From NCBI GenBank assembly GCA_964513745.1, contig CAZEOK010000003.1, forward strand, positions 3,150 to 67,149: a DNA stretch of 64,000 bases, in the 5' to 3' direction. Shown piece after piece: positions 13,420 through 24,544 of the stretch. This DNA comes from an uncultured bacterium (GTDB taxonomy: Bacteria; JAUVQV01; DATDCY01). A program made the position numbers and the translations under genes. Within the stretch, counting starts at the first letter, position 1. The number at the start of each line of letters is the position of its first letter. The notes below the pieces were generated by a model. The model did not search any database, was not told the origin of the DNA, and saw only the letters and a list, made by a program, of their open reading frames with translations.

Positions 13420-15843
13420 ATGAGCCAGTCGATGGGGTCGGGCAGCCATGCCAAGGGGGGCTCGCCGGCTGCTCCATCGCGCGCGGGCCGGTGGCTGAGC
13501 TTTGCCGAAAGATTCCAGGTCCAGCTCGTCGCCCTCGCCGTTTTCGCCATTACGCTCTCGTGTTTCAGCGGCAGGTTCACCGTCTACCGTGACAGCTATC
13601 TGATCTGCGCCCCCTCCAAGGACCTGATCGGCCAGTCACTCAGGAGGGGCGAACTCCCCGTCTGGAATCCCCATCAATATCTTGGCCTGCCGTTCGCGGC
13701 CGACATCCTTGCCGGCTGTTTTTATCCCCTCAATCTGCTGTACGCCGTCCTCCCGTTCGCCAGCGCCGACCGGATCTTTCTTCTCCTGCACTTTCCCCTG
13801 GCGGCTCTCGGGGTACACCTGCTCCTGAGGGAACTGCGTCTTGGCGCTTGGGCCTCCCTGCTCGGCGGCGTGGTCTTTGCCTGTTGCGGCTATCTGGTCA
13901 ACATGTCAGTCAGCCTTCCCTACCTCCTCGGGCCGGCGCTGGCCCCGTTCGCCCTCTGGGCCGCCTTGAAGCGGGGGCATTTCCTGGCCTGGGGGTTGCT
14001 CGGCGGGGCCGTTCTGTCTCTCCAGGTGCTTGCGGGCGAGCCCCAGAGCGCCGCCGTCACCGCCGTCCTGTCGCTGGTGATCATCCTCGTGAGCGCGCAG
14101 ACCTCCCGGGAATTCGCCCGTGCTGCTCTCAAGGCCGGGACGACCCTGCTCGCCGCGCTCGGCATGTCGCTGATCCAGGTCCTGCCGACACTGGAGGTCC
14201 TGGGCAACAGCTTCAGGAAGGGCGGGCTCGGCTTCGAACAGGCATCCTTTTTCTCCTTCCACCCGGCGAGGTTGTGGGAGCTGTTCTGGCCTCATCCCTT
14301 CGGCACCCTCTTCCCGAAGACCACCTTCTGGGGGTTCTTCGCCGTGGAGCCCTCGCCGATGAACATCCGCCATCCCTGGTCCTTCCAGAACTATCTGGGG
14401 CTGGCCGTGCTCGCGCTGGCGATCTGCGGATTCTTCAGGGCAAGAAAAGGACTGCGGCTCGCTTTGGCAGCCGGTGCGATCTTCTTTCTCGCCTTGTCCC
14501 TGGGGCACCACACCCCGGTCTTCAAGTTCCTGCACTCCTGGGTGCCCTTCTTCGACATCTTCAGATATCCCTCAAAATACCTGGCCTACTTCATGCTTTT
14601 TCTCGCCCTGGCGGCCGCAGTCGGCATGGAGCATCTGCTGCTCCGGCTGGAGGAGCGACCACGCCGCGCTCTGGCTTGGGCGCTGGGTCTCGTGATCGTC
14701 ACGGCGGTCGTTTTCTCGGTCGCGCTTGGCTTCTCCTCCGAGGTGGTGGCGGGTCTGGGCGGTCTGCATCCCGGAACCCCACCCCATCGGGCAGCCCTTC
14801 AGGGGATTCTGCAGGGCGGGCTGCACCTGCTGGCGCTGAACACGATCCTCGCCGGCATTCTCCTGCTTGTCGCGCTCGGCACCTTCCCGCCCCGGTTCCT
14901 GACGCCGGCCCTGCTGCTCGTGCTGGCGGTCGACTGGTCTCTGGTGAATTTCCGCGGGGTGCCCGTGGCCGATGAAAGTTCCTCGACCGGCTCTCTGGCT
15001 GCCCGGGTCATCTCACCGGGAGGCCGGCCGCCGCTCGGGGCTTATCGCATCCACCGCGAGGATTTCGGTTTCCGCGATGCCGCTCCCGGCACCGGTTCCT
15101 ATTTCGCGCGGCGGTACCGGTGGCAGCGCGACACGTTGCAAAGCAACCTGGGGGACCGGGAAGGATTCGAGAATCTCCTCGGCATCAACGAGTCCGTTCC
15201 CCAGGAAGGCTTGTCGCTTCTCGATACGCCGACCGCCAGGACGCTGGAGGTGTTCAACGTCGGCTACCTGCTCTCCAGATCACAGCGCAGGCCGGTTGCC
15301 TCGGCCAGGAGCGAACTGCTGCTGGATGACCTTCCCGACGATTTGAGCCTGCGGCGGCTCACGGGCGCCTTTCCAAGGGCTTACTGGGTGCCGGAGGCGG
15401 TGGCTGCGCCCGACACGAAAAAGGCCATGGAGCTTTTCCCCGCCACCGATCTGACCCGTCGGGTCATTCTCACCACCGATGAGCCCCTGGCTGCCGACAG
15501 CACGGGCGGCGCGTTGTTGCCGGCCGCTATCAGCTCTTATGCGCCCGGCAGCGTGCTCATCGACGCCGAGGCGCCCGCTCCCGGGTGGCTGGTGCTGTCG
15601 GATCGCTTCTATCCGGGGTGGTTTGCGGAAATCGACGGGAAGCCCACGACCATCTACCAGGCCAATGTCCTGGTCCGAGCCGTCCGATTCCCGGGCGGGA
15701 GGCACAGGGTCCGATTCGATTACCATCCCCGCTCCCTGCGCATCGGCGGCTGGATCTCGGGCCTGAGTTGGCTGGTGGCCCTGGGAGTATGGTGCAAGGC
15801 GGCCGGGGCGTTTGCGCGACTGCGACACCGGCCCGGCGGTTGA
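13420..15843 (+). CDS. YfhO family polytopic membrane protein
   Basis: Many TM segments. C-terminal DRFYPGWFAEIDGKPTTIYQANVLVRAVRFPGGRHRVRFDYHP is typical of YfhO. Confidence 0.75.
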   Translation: MSQSMGSGSHAKGGSPAAPSRAGRWLSFAERFQVQLVALAVFAITLSCFSGRFTVYRDSYLICAPSKDLIGQSLRRGELPVWNPHQYLGLPFAADILAGCFYPLNLLYAVLPFASADRIFLLLHFPLAALGVHLLLRELRLGAWASLLGGVVFACCGYLVNMSVSLPYLLGPALAPFALWAALKRGHFLAWGLLGGAVLSLQVLAGEPQSAAVTAVLSLVIILVSAQTSREFARAALKAGTTLLAALGMSLIQVLPTLEVLGNSFRKGGLGFEQASFFSFHPARLWELFWPHPFGTLFPKTTFWGFFAVEPSPMNIRHPWSFQNYLGLAVLALAICGFFRARKGLRLALAAGAIFFLALSLGHHTPVFKFLHSWVPFFDIFRYPSKYLAYFMLFLALAAAVGMEHLLLRLEERPRRALAWALGLVIVTAVVFSVALGFSSEVVAGLGGLHPGTPPHRAALQGILQGGLHLLALNTILAGILLLVALGTFPPRFLTPALLLVLAVDWSLVNFRGVPVADESSSTGSLAARVISPGGRPPLGAYRIHREDFGFRDAAPGTGSYFARRYRWQRDTLQSNLGDREGFENLLGINESVPQEGLSLLDTPTARTLEVFNVGYLLSRSQRRPVASARSELLLDDLPDDLSLRRLTGAFPRAYWVPEAVAAPDTKKAMELFPATDLTRRVILTTDEPLAADSTGGALLPAAISSYAPGSVLIDAEAPAPGWLVLSDRFYPGWFAEIDGKPTTIYQANVLVRAVRFPGGRHRVRFDYHPRSLRIGGWISGLSWLVALGVWCKAAGAFARLRHRPGG

Positions 15844-15861
15844 GAACGGGGAAGCCGTGCC

Positions 15862-16989
15862 TCATCCCGCGGGGGGGGCCGTCGCAGCGAGGCGCTCGAG
15901 CATGTCGTCCAGCGTCGCCACGCACCCGCCCAGGTCGAAGCGCTGCCTCAGCGCGGCGCGCGAGACGCAGGGATCATCCACAACCGGGGTGCCGCGCACG
16001 ACGAGGGCCCGCAGGCGCTCCGTCAATTCCGCATCGCCACCGTAAAGGAACTCCTGGGGATACAACTCCGGGTAGGCCAGCCGCCCCGGCAGCAGAGGGC
16101 GCGCGCCACAGTACACGGCTTCCATGACGGCGATACCGAAAAACTCCTGGATCGCGGTCGAGACGACGATGTCCGAGTCCCAGAGCAGCCGGATGTAGTC
16201 CTCCCGACTCGGCACGTGTCCGAAGGTCGCGATCCTGTCGCCGAGCAGCTTTATTGCCTCGAGGAACGGTTTAGGCCGGACCTGGAAGTTCTCGCCGGCG
16301 ATATGGACGCGGAACGCCAAATCCTCGGCAGCCAATTTTGCGAGCGCCTGGAAGAAAATTTCCGGTTGCTTGTCGAATTCCCAGCGGTGGTTCCAGAGGA
16401 TGGTGACCGGCCGCCCGGCGCGATCCGGTTCGTGCCGGTGGCGCTCCAACTCGGCGCAGTCGATTCCCGGGTAGACGACGGAGCACTTCGGCCGCAGCCC
16501 GTCGGCGAGACCAACCGGCCGGTGGTCCGGCATCGGCTTGAGGAATTCGGCGATGCCGCCGAGAAATTCCTCCTGGTGGAAGCGCGAGTTGAACACGAGC
16601 CGGTCGGCGGCGAGGGCTGTCGAAATGTTTGTGAAGCCGAAGTGGACGTCTTTCGTTTCGCCGGGGGCGACCGGGTAGGCCAGTTGACTCTCGTGGAGAT
16701 AGACGACTTTCGGGATGCGCGCCAGCTGCGGCAGGGCACCGACCAGCTCCGCGAGACTGAGCATGCCGCTGCTCAGCAGCGCGTCGAACTGCCCGAGCCG
16801 CGCGCGGACCTTCTCGAGCAGCGAGAGGTGCGCGCCGCGCATCCGCCACTTCCAGAAGCTGCCCGGCAGGGTCAGAGTCTCCACGCGGTGGCGCGATTGC
16901 GCCGCGAGCCTCTCCGCGAAGAGACGGTGAGAACCGCCGTGGAACGGCTCGAGGAACAGGACGCGCACGTGCCGGCTCCGCTCGGGCAT
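15862..16989 (-). CDS. DUF3524 plus GT4 glycosyltransferase, homologue of eukaryotic GTDC1 (queuosine-tRNA mannosyltransferase family)
   Basis: Collinear matches to human GTDC1 as I remember it: [84 protein letters not shown]. Confidence 0.85.
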   Translation of the reverse strand: MPERSRHVRVLFLEPFHGGSHRLFAERLAAQSRHRVETLTLPGSFWKWRMRGAHLSLLEKVRARLGQFDALLSSGMLSLAELVGALPQLARIPKVVYLHESQLAYPVAPGETKDVHFGFTNISTALAADRLVFNSRFHQEEFLGGIAEFLKPMPDHRPVGLADGLRPKCSVVYPGIDCAELERHRHEPDRAGRPVTILWNHRWEFDKQPEIFFQALAKLAAEDLAFRVHIAGENFQVRPKPFLEAIKLLGDRIATFGHVPSREDYIRLLWDSDIVVSTAIQEFFGIAVMEAVYCGARPLLPGRLAYPELYPQEFLYGGDAELTERLRALVVRGTPVVDDPCVSRAALRQRFDLGGCVATLDDMLERLAATAPPAG

Positions 16990-17052
16990 TGCGGGATTGT
17001 AGCAGGGCGGGTGGCGTTCAATCCGGGGGGCGTTGGGGTATCATGTCGGGCC

Positions 17053-18876
17053 ATGGCCGTGCAGAACCGCCTCGCCCGCGAGAAGAGCCCGTACCTGCTC
17101 TCGCACGCCCGCAATCCGGTCGACTGGTACCCCTGGGGCGAGGAGGCCTTTGCCGCGGCGCGCGAGCGCGACGTGCCGCTGTTCGTCTCGATCGGCTATT
17201 CCGCGTGCCACTGGTGCCATGTCATGGAACGCGAGTGCTTCGAGGATGCCGCTGTGGCCCGCCTGATGAACGAGCACCTCGTCGCGGTGAAGGTCGACCG
17301 CGAGGAGCTTCCGGCCGTGGATCACCTCTTCATGGCCTACTGCCAGGGCATGACCGGCAGCGGCGGCTGGCCGTTGACGGTGGTGCTGACCCCGGACGGC
17401 AAGCCCTTCTTCGCCGGCACCTATTTCCCGAAGGAGTCGGGGTTCGGGCGACCGGGGATGCTCGAGCTGGCGCCGCTGCTCGGCCGCCTCTGGCGTGACC
17501 AGCGCGAGCAGGTGCTGCGCACGGCGCAGGAGCTGGAGAGAGCGCTCGCGACGCAGGTGCGGCCGGCGGCCGCCTCGCTGCCGGGGCGCGAGGTCGCCGA
17601 CGAGGTCCAGGGCGAACTCGTGCGCCTCTACGACCCGCGTTGGGGCGGTTTCGGCAACGCGCCGAAGTTCCCGACCGTGCCGTGGCTGTTCTTCCTGCTG
17701 CGGTATTCCGAGAAGCACGGGGGAGACGGGCGCGCCCGCGTCATGGTTGAGGAGACCCTGCGCGCGCTGCGTCTCGGCGGGATCTTCGACCAGCTCGGCT
17801 ACGGTTTCCATCGCTACTCGACTGACGCGGGCTGGCTCCTGCCGCACTTCGAGAAGATGCTCTCCGATCAGGCGCTGCTCGCGCTGGCGTACACGGAGGC
17901 GTTCCGACTCTGGGGGGACGCCGCGTTCCGGCGCGCGACGGAGGAGATCCTCGCATACGTGCTGCGCGACCTGCGGGCTCCGGAGGGCGGGTTTGCCGCG
18001 GCGGAAGACGCCGACAGCGAAGGCGAGGAAGGGCGGTTCTACCTCTGGAGCCTCGACGAGGTGACCGCGCTGCTCGGACCGGCGGCAGCCGAGGAGTTCG
18101 CGGCGGCGTTCCACATGGAGGCGAACGGCAATTTCACCAGCGAGGTCGGCGAGCGGTCCGACCGCAACATCCTGCACCGGCTCTCACCGCTGGCGATTGC
18201 CGCGAGCGATTTCACGCTGCACGCCGGGGGGCTGCCGCCGTCTCTGGAGTCCGCGCGGGCAGCGCTTCTCGCCGCGCGGGACAAACGCGTCCGTCCCCAC
18301 CGCGACGACAAGGTGCTCGCCGACTGGAACGGGCTGATGGTCGCGGCGCTGGCGAAGGCCGCCGCCGTGTTCGGTGAAGCGCGCTATGCGCAGGAGGCCG
18401 TCCGCGCGGCGGAATTCGTCCTGACGAAGCTGCGCGACGCGGAGGGCAACCTGCTCCACCGGTACCGCGACGGCGAAGCCGCGTTCCCGGCGGTTGTCGA
18501 CGACTACGCGGACCTCGCCTGGGGCTGCCTCGAGCTGTACGGCGCGACCGGCAAGCCGCGCTGGCTTGACGAGGCGCGGTGGCTCGCCGAGGCGATGGAG
18601 GTCCGCTTCGGCGACGGCGCCGGAGGACTCTATTTCTCCGCGCCGGATCCGCTGCTGTCGCTGAGGCAGATGATCGCGACGGACGCCGCGGTGCCGGCGG
18701 GCGCCGCGGTGGCCGCCGAGGTGCTCATCCGTCTCGGCAGCGTGACGGGAGAAGCGCGGTTCACGGAGCAGGCCCGCGAGCTGATCCGCTCGCTCGGCGG
18801 CGACCTCGAACGCGCCCCGCTCGGGTGCGCCCACCTGCTGTCGGCGGCGCTGCTGCTCGAGGAGGAACCGGCGTGA
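17053..18876 (+). CDS. thioredoxin-domain protein (YyaL/SSP411, DUF255 family)
   Basis: [27 protein letters not shown] ... [14 protein letters not shown] ... GGWPLTV signature, followed by a six-hairpin glycosidase-like region. Confidence 0.9.
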   Translation: MAVQNRLAREKSPYLLSHARNPVDWYPWGEEAFAAARERDVPLFVSIGYSACHWCHVMERECFEDAAVARLMNEHLVAVKVDREELPAVDHLFMAYCQGMTGSGGWPLTVVLTPDGKPFFAGTYFPKESGFGRPGMLELAPLLGRLWRDQREQVLRTAQELERALATQVRPAAASLPGREVADEVQGELVRLYDPRWGGFGNAPKFPTVPWLFFLLRYSEKHGGDGRARVMVEETLRALRLGGIFDQLGYGFHRYSTDAGWLLPHFEKMLSDQALLALAYTEAFRLWGDAAFRRATEEILAYVLRDLRAPEGGFAAAEDADSEGEEGRFYLWSLDEVTALLGPAAAEEFAAAFHMEANGNFTSEVGERSDRNILHRLSPLAIAASDFTLHAGGLPPSLESARAALLAARDKRVRPHRDDKVLADWNGLMVAALAKAAAVFGEARYAQEAVRAAEFVLTKLRDAEGNLLHRYRDGEAAFPAVVDDYADLAWGCLELYGATGKPRWLDEARWLAEAMEVRFGDGAGGLYFSAPDPLLSLRQMIATDAAVPAGAAVAAEVLIRLGSVTGEARFTEQARELIRSLGGDLERAPLGCAHLLSAALLLEEEPA

Positions 18877-18977
18877 CCAGGAGAATCAAGAACGTGCACG
18901 TCTTGGCACACGAACGGCGGCGGGGTGACGCGGAGGGGAGGTCCGCAGCGTCAGGACCCCGACGATCGGCATCGGCA

Positions 18978-19709
18978 ATGATGATCCAGATCAGCGCACT
19001 GACCGTCCTGGCGCTCGCAGCGATCGGCTCTCTGGGGCCGGCGACGCTGTGCGCCGCCGAAGGCGACATTCTCTTCCGCGAGGAGTTCACGAGCCTCGAG
19101 GCCTGGCGTCCGTTGACCTTCCCGAAGATCGAGCGGCACTCGACGTACGCCGTCGCCACGAACGACGAGAAGTCCGAGTTCTGGCTCAGGGCCGAGAGTG
19201 ACCGTTCGGCGTCCGGGATCGTCTGGAAGAAGCAGTACGACGTCTACGCGTACCCGCGGCTGCGTTGGCGCTGGCGCATCGAGAACACCTACGTCAAGGG
19301 CGATGCGACGAAGAAATCCGGCGACGACTATCCGATACGGCTCTACGTCATGTTCCAGTACGATCCGGCGACCGCCCCGGCCGGCAAGCGTTTCAAGTAC
19401 GGTTTCGCCAAGGCCGCCTACGGGGAGTACCCGCCCGACAGCGGGCTGAACTACGTCTGGGAGAGCCGCGAACCCCCGGCCGAGTTCATCGTCAGTCCCT
19501 ACACCGATTCGATGATGATGTTCCTCAAGGAGAAGGGCGCGGCGAAGGTCGGCCAGTGGGTCGAGGAGGAGGCCGACGTCCTCGCCGACTACCGCAGGGC
19601 CTTCGGCAGGGACCCGCCGCGCCGCGCGAGCCTGGCCGTGATGAGCGACTCGGACAACACCGGCGAGAAGGGTCTCTCCTTCATCGACTGGGTCGAGATC
19701 GCCCGCTAG
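18978..19709 (+). CDS. DUF3047 domain-containing secreted protein
   Basis: MMIQISALTVLALAAIG signal peptide. LRWRWRIEN ... GDDYPIRLYVMF ... YGEYPPDSGLNYVWE pattern. Confidence 0.7.
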   Translation: MMIQISALTVLALAAIGSLGPATLCAAEGDILFREEFTSLEAWRPLTFPKIERHSTYAVATNDEKSEFWLRAESDRSASGIVWKKQYDVYAYPRLRWRWRIENTYVKGDATKKSGDDYPIRLYVMFQYDPATAPAGKRFKYGFAKAAYGEYPPDSGLNYVWESREPPAEFIVSPYTDSMMMFLKEKGAAKVGQWVEEEADVLADYRRAFGRDPPRRASLAVMSDSDNTGEKGLSFIDWVEIAR

Positions 19710-19725
19710 CCGGCGGCCTGCGCCA

Positions 19726-20739
19726 TCACGGCGCCAGGGCGGCATCTGGGCGCGGCAACCGGTAGTCCCAATAATCGGGCCTTAGGACCCACGCGAGGAG
19801 GGCCGGGTCTCGTCGGACTTCCCGCCGGTGGAAGAGGTGTCCGGCGAGACGCGCCCGCTCCAGGCGCGCGAGCAGTCGGCCGCGTCTGGAGCCCACGGAT
19901 CGCCACAGGCGGCGCAGGCCCCGTCCCGCCTCTTTCCAGTCCGAGCCGGCGGGGATCCTCCCGGTCGCCCTGATCTCGGCGTAGGAGTTGCATACCCCCT
20001 GGTAGAAGTACCGTTCCTCGAACGCGGCGACCGTGAGTCGTGCCGCCGGGATCCGGTGATGAAGAAGCGCACCGGGGGCGTAGAAGGCCTTGTGTCCCCG
20101 GGCCTTCGCCTTGCGGGCCAGACCCGTCTCGCCGTCCCCCTGGTAGCGCTGCAGGTGCTTCGGCATGCAGTCGGGATGAAAGCCGCCGAGCGCGGTGAGC
20201 GTCTCTTTGCGAATCGCGAAATTCAAGCCCCAGACCCACGACGGGTCGATCTCCCGCGCACGGCTGCCGAGGTCGAGGAGGCTCAAATCACCGCAGAGCG
20301 TCTGCGCGCCGTCGCGCGACCAGAGCCACTCGAGCCACGGGGGCGGCGGGATCTCGTAGCGCGGCAGGCTCGGCCCGCCGACGAGATGCACCGCGGGGTC
20401 CTCGAAGGCGTCGACGATCGCGCGCAGCCATGCGGGATCCAACTCGACGTCGTCGTCGATGAAGGACAGCAACTCCCCCCGTGCCTCCCGTGCCCCGCAG
20501 TGGCGCCCGGCGAGCAGACCCGGCACCGGTTCCTCGATGATGCGGGTGGCCAGATCGGGATGGGACCGGACAAGCGCCTCGGCGACCAGCCGGGTCTCGT
20601 CTGTGGAACCGTTGTCTATGACGAGCACCTCGAACCGTTCACGGGGAAAGTCAAGTAACGCAAGTGACGCAAGGGCCCGCCCGAGGGCCTCGGCGCGGTT
20701 GCGCGTGGGGACGATGACCGAGACGACGGGTGCGCTCAT
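19726..20739 (-). CDS. glycosyltransferase family 2
   Basis: MSAPVVSVIVPTRNRAEAL ... EVLVIDNGSTDET ... FIDDDV (DxD). Start overlaps the stop of the upstream methyltransferase (ATGA). Confidence 0.85.
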   Translation of the reverse strand: MSAPVVSVIVPTRNRAEALGRALASLALLDFPRERFEVLVIDNGSTDETRLVAEALVRSHPDLATRIIEEPVPGLLAGRHCGAREARGELLSFIDDDVELDPAWLRAIVDAFEDPAVHLVGGPSLPRYEIPPPPWLEWLWSRDGAQTLCGDLSLLDLGSRAREIDPSWVWGLNFAIRKETLTALGGFHPDCMPKHLQRYQGDGETGLARKAKARGHKAFYAPGALLHHRIPAARLTVAAFEERYFYQGVCNSYAEIRATGRIPAGSDWKEAGRGLRRLWRSVGSRRGRLLARLERARLAGHLFHRREVRRDPALLAWVLRPDYWDYRLPRPDAALAP

Positions 20740-21404
20740 CGGACGCGGTAGACCTGCAGGTTGGGCAGTCTGGTGACCAGGTCGGCCCGTCCGGCGACGG
20801 ATTCCCTGACCACCCGCTGGACGCCCTCGGCCCACTCGGTGTCGTGGAAGGCGACGAGCGATCCCGGGCGCAGCAGCGTGGAGTAGAGCTCCCAGTCGCG
20901 CGCGACCGCCTCGTGGTTGTGGTCGCCGTCGATGAAGAGGAAATCGCAGCAGGGCGCCGCCGCGCGCACCCGGGGGAAGGCTTCGTGGCTCCATGCCCGG
21001 AACTCGACGATCCTGTCCCGGTACGGCGCCGTGTTCTCGCGAAACTCGGCGTGCGTGTCGCGCGGCTGGGCGTCGGTGTCGGTGGGGACGTAGGCCATGG
21101 CGTCGTTGCCCCAGGTGTCGATGCACAGGATGCGCGAGCGCGCCGACACGGCGTGCGCGATGAAGCAGGTGCTGGCGCCGAGGTAGGAGCCGATCTCGAT
21201 GCAGACCGCCGCCGCGGGCAGTCGGCGCAGGGTTCTGTGGAGGAGGCATTTTTCTGCGACGCTCAGGTGCGTGAAGATTCTGTTCTCCCGGTGCAGGCGG
21301 TGCGCCGCGATATAGAGCGGGCAGAGCAGGTCGCGTGTTCTGAACCAGAGACCCTCACGCACCCGCCGGAGGCCGATGTTTCGGAGGAGGTGGGGCGTGC
21401 TCAT
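20736..21404 (-). CDS. class I SAM-dependent methyltransferase (CmcI/Methyltransf_24-like)
   Basis: IEIGSYLGAS SAM-binding loop and FLFIDGDHNHEAV motif. Confidence 0.7.
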   Translation of the reverse strand: MSTPHLLRNIGLRRVREGLWFRTRDLLCPLYIAAHRLHRENRIFTHLSVAEKCLLHRTLRRLPAAAVCIEIGSYLGASTCFIAHAVSARSRILCIDTWGNDAMAYVPTDTDAQPRDTHAEFRENTAPYRDRIVEFRAWSHEAFPRVRAAAPCCDFLFIDGDHNHEAVARDWELYSTLLRPGSLVAFHDTEWAEGVQRVVRESVAGRADLVTRLPNLQVYRVR

Positions 21405-21589
21405 GGGACCCGATGAAACCGCAGGCGCGGCAGCCCGGCGCGAGTGTCCCGGGGCGGAGCTTCCGAGACCTGTTCGGCGGAGGCCCTGGTGTCATCGTCC
21501 CTTGTCTTCATGGGCCTTCCCGCCTCCCCTCTCGCGGCAATGAGACGGATGATACCATGCGTCCTCGCCGGTTTCCGCGGCCCGCGCGG

Positions 21590-21618
21590 TTGACAAAGCG
21601 TTCGACACGCGAATAAAT
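21590..21618 (+). promoter_or_regulatory. candidate sigma-70 promoter TTGACA-N17-ATAAAT
   Basis: -35 at 21590-21595 and -10 at 21613-21618, about 40 nt upstream of the GTG start at 21660. Confidence 0.45.
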
Positions 21619-21659
21619 GTACGCTGGACGCAGCGGGAGGGGAACGAGAGGGTGGGGAC

Positions 21660-22679
21660 GTGAGGATACTCGTCGTCTGCAAGGGCTCGAGCCAGATCGG
21701 GCTCGGTCACCTTTTTCGCACCGTCACGTTCGTGAAGGAGGCATCCCGGCGCCACGAGGTTTCCGTGATAGCCGTGCTCGAGCCGGATCTCCACGAGATC
21801 CTGCACAACATCGCGGACTGCACCACCATGGTGGAATCCGATGCCGAGGTGGTCGCCGCACTCGGGGACCGCACGCCCGATGTTGTGGTTTTCGACACAG
21901 TCACGATGGACCATCCGGCATTCATAGCCGCGGCTGCGCTCGGGAAGCTGCGCGTCTCGCTGAGCCCGGTGTTTGCCTACGCCTCGGAGATCGACCTGCT
22001 CTTCACCCGCACCGCGCGGGGAGAGAGCGCCGGCCCCACTGTCGTCTACGGTGGCCTGCAGTACTCCGTCTTCAGCGATCACTGCACGGCCATCGCCGAC
22101 GAGCAGTACTTCGCCAATCTCGGGAAACCGGCGTTGCCGATCGGGCTTTGCATGGGCGGCGCGGACGCTGCCAACAAGACGCTCGCCGTGCTGCGGTCGC
22201 TCGTGTGCCTCGAGGAGGTGTGCACCTTCTGGGTGCTGCTCGGCGAAGGCTACCAGCATTCCTACAACGACCTCGTGAACGTCACCCGGAGCGCCCGGCG
22301 CCACGAGGTCATCCTCGCGAAGACGAACCGCTCGATGTGGAAGATCCTCGGCAACTGCGCCCTGGCGGTCCTCGCCGGCGGTCTGACGACCGTGGAGGCG
22401 ATCTACGCTGGACTCCCCACGGTCAACCTCTTCGAACGTGAAGAACACCTGGACGTCATCTCGCGGGACCTCTTCGAGCGCGGCGTCTGTCTGAACGGCG
22501 GCTTCTTCCGCGAGGATTCGCTCGTCGCGCTGCGCGTTACGCTGCGGGAGCTCATGGAGCGCAAGAGCCGTCTGCTCACGATGCGCGAGAACACCAAGGG
22601 TGTCGTGGACAAACTCGGCTGCGAGAGGATTCTAGAGAAGATCGAGCTGCACGCGAGGGAGCGGGGCGTCCGGATCTGA
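21660..22679 (+). CDS. PseG/SpsG-like GT28-type nucleotide-sugar hydrolase or glycosyltransferase
   Basis: MRILVVCKGSSQIGLGHLFR resembles the PseG N-terminal SSQIGxGH motif. C-terminal GGLTTVEAIYAGLP is GT-B like. Confidence 0.62.
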   Translation: MRILVVCKGSSQIGLGHLFRTVTFVKEASRRHEVSVIAVLEPDLHEILHNIADCTTMVESDAEVVAALGDRTPDVVVFDTVTMDHPAFIAAAALGKLRVSLSPVFAYASEIDLLFTRTARGESAGPTVVYGGLQYSVFSDHCTAIADEQYFANLGKPALPIGLCMGGADAANKTLAVLRSLVCLEEVCTFWVLLGEGYQHSYNDLVNVTRSARRHEVILAKTNRSMWKILGNCALAVLAGGLTTVEAIYAGLPTVNLFEREEHLDVISRDLFERGVCLNGGFFREDSLVALRVTLRELMERKSRLLTMRENTKGVVDKLGCERILEKIELHARERGVRI

Positions 22680-22683
22680 ATCT

Positions 22684-24537
22684 CTACTGCAGATGGGCGG
22701 AGAGAATCTCGCCGAGCGTCGGATAGCCCTCCCCGATCAGGTTTCCGCGGGTGAAGGCGCCAACCCTGCCAAGGGCCGCGTTGCGCGCCAGCGGGTCCTC
22801 GACAAGGGCGCGCGCCGCTTCCCACAGCTCCTCAGGCGTTCGCGTGACAGTGCCGGCCGCAAGGTACAGGTCGGCGTAACGATATGGCTCGGTCCGGCCG
22901 AAAAGGGGGTCTGTCCAGAAGAAGACGATCGGCTTGTGGGCGCGGGCGGCATGGATCAGGGCTCCGCCGCAATAATTGAGAGCGATGACGAAGTCGGTCT
23001 GCCGCAGCGCATCTTCCAGGGAAACGTCCGGTGCCAGCAGCTGGACATTGGGGGCGATGTCGATCGCGGCAAACAGCTCACGGTCGGGCCAGTGGGGATG
23101 GGTCTTGATCGCGAGCGACAGCAACGAGCGGAGTCGCGGTGGGGGTGAGGCTGCGGTCCGCAGGGCGTCGCGCTGTGCGGACATGGTGATGGAAGGTGCG
23201 AGGTGCATCGGGAAACCGACCGGATTCGTCAGAACGAGGGCCCGAGCCGGCGTGGTGGCGGCGGGAAGCACCAGATTCCGCATGGGGTATTCCTCCGATG
23301 CGATGAGGTCGCGGCAGGGGATCATGCGGTCCTCCGGGGTGCCGGAGAGCCGATAGATCCTGCTGTGGATTCGCCAGTCGTAGAGGACGCGATCGGCCGC
23401 TATCTGATCGTAGGTTCTGGTGATGCCGGCCCCGTGTGGCACGGCGTAACTGGGCACCCCGCACCTCTTGGCTGCTGCGGCGGGCAGTTGCGATTCACCG
23501 TCCGGCAAGGTGCTCACCACGACCACGGCAGGGCGGGTCCGGCGCCACAGTCCGACCCAGTGGCCGAGGCTCAGTGCCAGGGTGGGCCACCGCCGCGTGC
23601 AGGATGAGACAAAAGTGGAAGCCAGGTGCTCAAGCGCTGCTTCCCACGGCTGACCGCTCGAATTCCGGCGGACCTTTGCATAGCCGTCGAGAAATTGCCG
23701 TGCCAGATGGCGCGGTGGCGCTGTCGCCGGCGGTCCTGGAGCGACTGGAACGGCGAGCGCCGCGGCGATGGTGCCTGCCGATTTCTCGTTGCCCGATAGG
23801 AGCGCCAGGGACACCATGCCAGGATGCGTAGCCGCCAGTTCCCGGATCGCGGGAGAAAACCGGTGGACTTCACCCTCATTGAGCGCGAATACCACTCCTG
23901 CTGCGGGCAGGGCGACCTGGGTCGCTCCCGAGCGAAGGCAGCGGGAGAAGGGGCGGCACAGCGCACGGTGTGCGAGATGCCTCAGGGGTTGGCGGAGGCG
24001 CCGCGCTCCGCGGAGCATCGCATTGGAGGAGTTCACTCTGCGCAATTCGACGCGTGTGCTGAGCAATCCCTTCCAGAGACTGCCGCAGATATCCGCCGGG
24101 TTGTAGTAGAGCGCCGGCTCCCCGGCGTGACCGTGCCAGAAGCGAAGCAGTCCGACGTTTCTCGACGCGCATGTGATCGCGAAGGCTTCCGCCAGCAGCA
24201 CGTCCCTCCAGAAGTAGTACAGAGCGTGGTGGTCGAGGTCCGGCCAACAGATGCCGTCGGCCGTGAATTCCGCCCGCGCCGTTGCGAACCATTCCCGCTC
24301 GGCGTGTGCCGCCGAGATTTTCGCCCGCAGCAGGTCCTCCACACTCAGCCAATCATCGAGGACGGTGAAGGGCACCCCGCTTGCGATTGCTGTGCCGACT
24401 GCGGCGACATCGAGGGCCAGAACGGTACACCCTTCCTCCGGGCAGCTGCGGAGGATGCGCGCCGCGTTGCGGGGAGCCTCCCGGCCGAAGAACGCAAGAA
24501 CCTTGCTCATCACCGGCGGGATGCGGGGTCCCTGCAC
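22684..24537 (-). CDS. large protein of unknown function in the glycan cluster (possible GT-B-like C-terminal half)
   Basis: 617-aa ORF (GTG at 24537, alternative ATG at 24510) with normal amino-acid composition. The C-terminal DFVIALNYCGGALIHAARAHKPIVFFW resembles capsule/teichoic GT-B proteins. No family recognised. Confidence 0.75.
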   Translation of the reverse strand: MQGPRIPPVMSKVLAFFGREAPRNAARILRSCPEEGCTVLALDVAAVGTAIASGVPFTVLDDWLSVEDLLRAKISAAHAEREWFATARAEFTADGICWPDLDHHALYYFWRDVLLAEAFAITCASRNVGLLRFWHGHAGEPALYYNPADICGSLWKGLLSTRVELRRVNSSNAMLRGARRLRQPLRHLAHRALCRPFSRCLRSGATQVALPAAGVVFALNEGEVHRFSPAIRELAATHPGMVSLALLSGNEKSAGTIAAALAVPVAPGPPATAPPRHLARQFLDGYAKVRRNSSGQPWEAALEHLASTFVSSCTRRWPTLALSLGHWVGLWRRTRPAVVVVSTLPDGESQLPAAAAKRCGVPSYAVPHGAGITRTYDQIAADRVLYDWRIHSRIYRLSGTPEDRMIPCRDLIASEEYPMRNLVLPAATTPARALVLTNPVGFPMHLAPSITMSAQRDALRTAASPPPRLRSLLSLAIKTHPHWPDRELFAAIDIAPNVQLLAPDVSLEDALRQTDFVIALNYCGGALIHAARAHKPIVFFWTDPLFGRTEPYRYADLYLAAGTVTRTPEELWEAARALVEDPLARNAALGRVGAFTRGNLIGEGYPTLGEILSAHLQ

Positions 24538-24544
24538 GCTGCCA

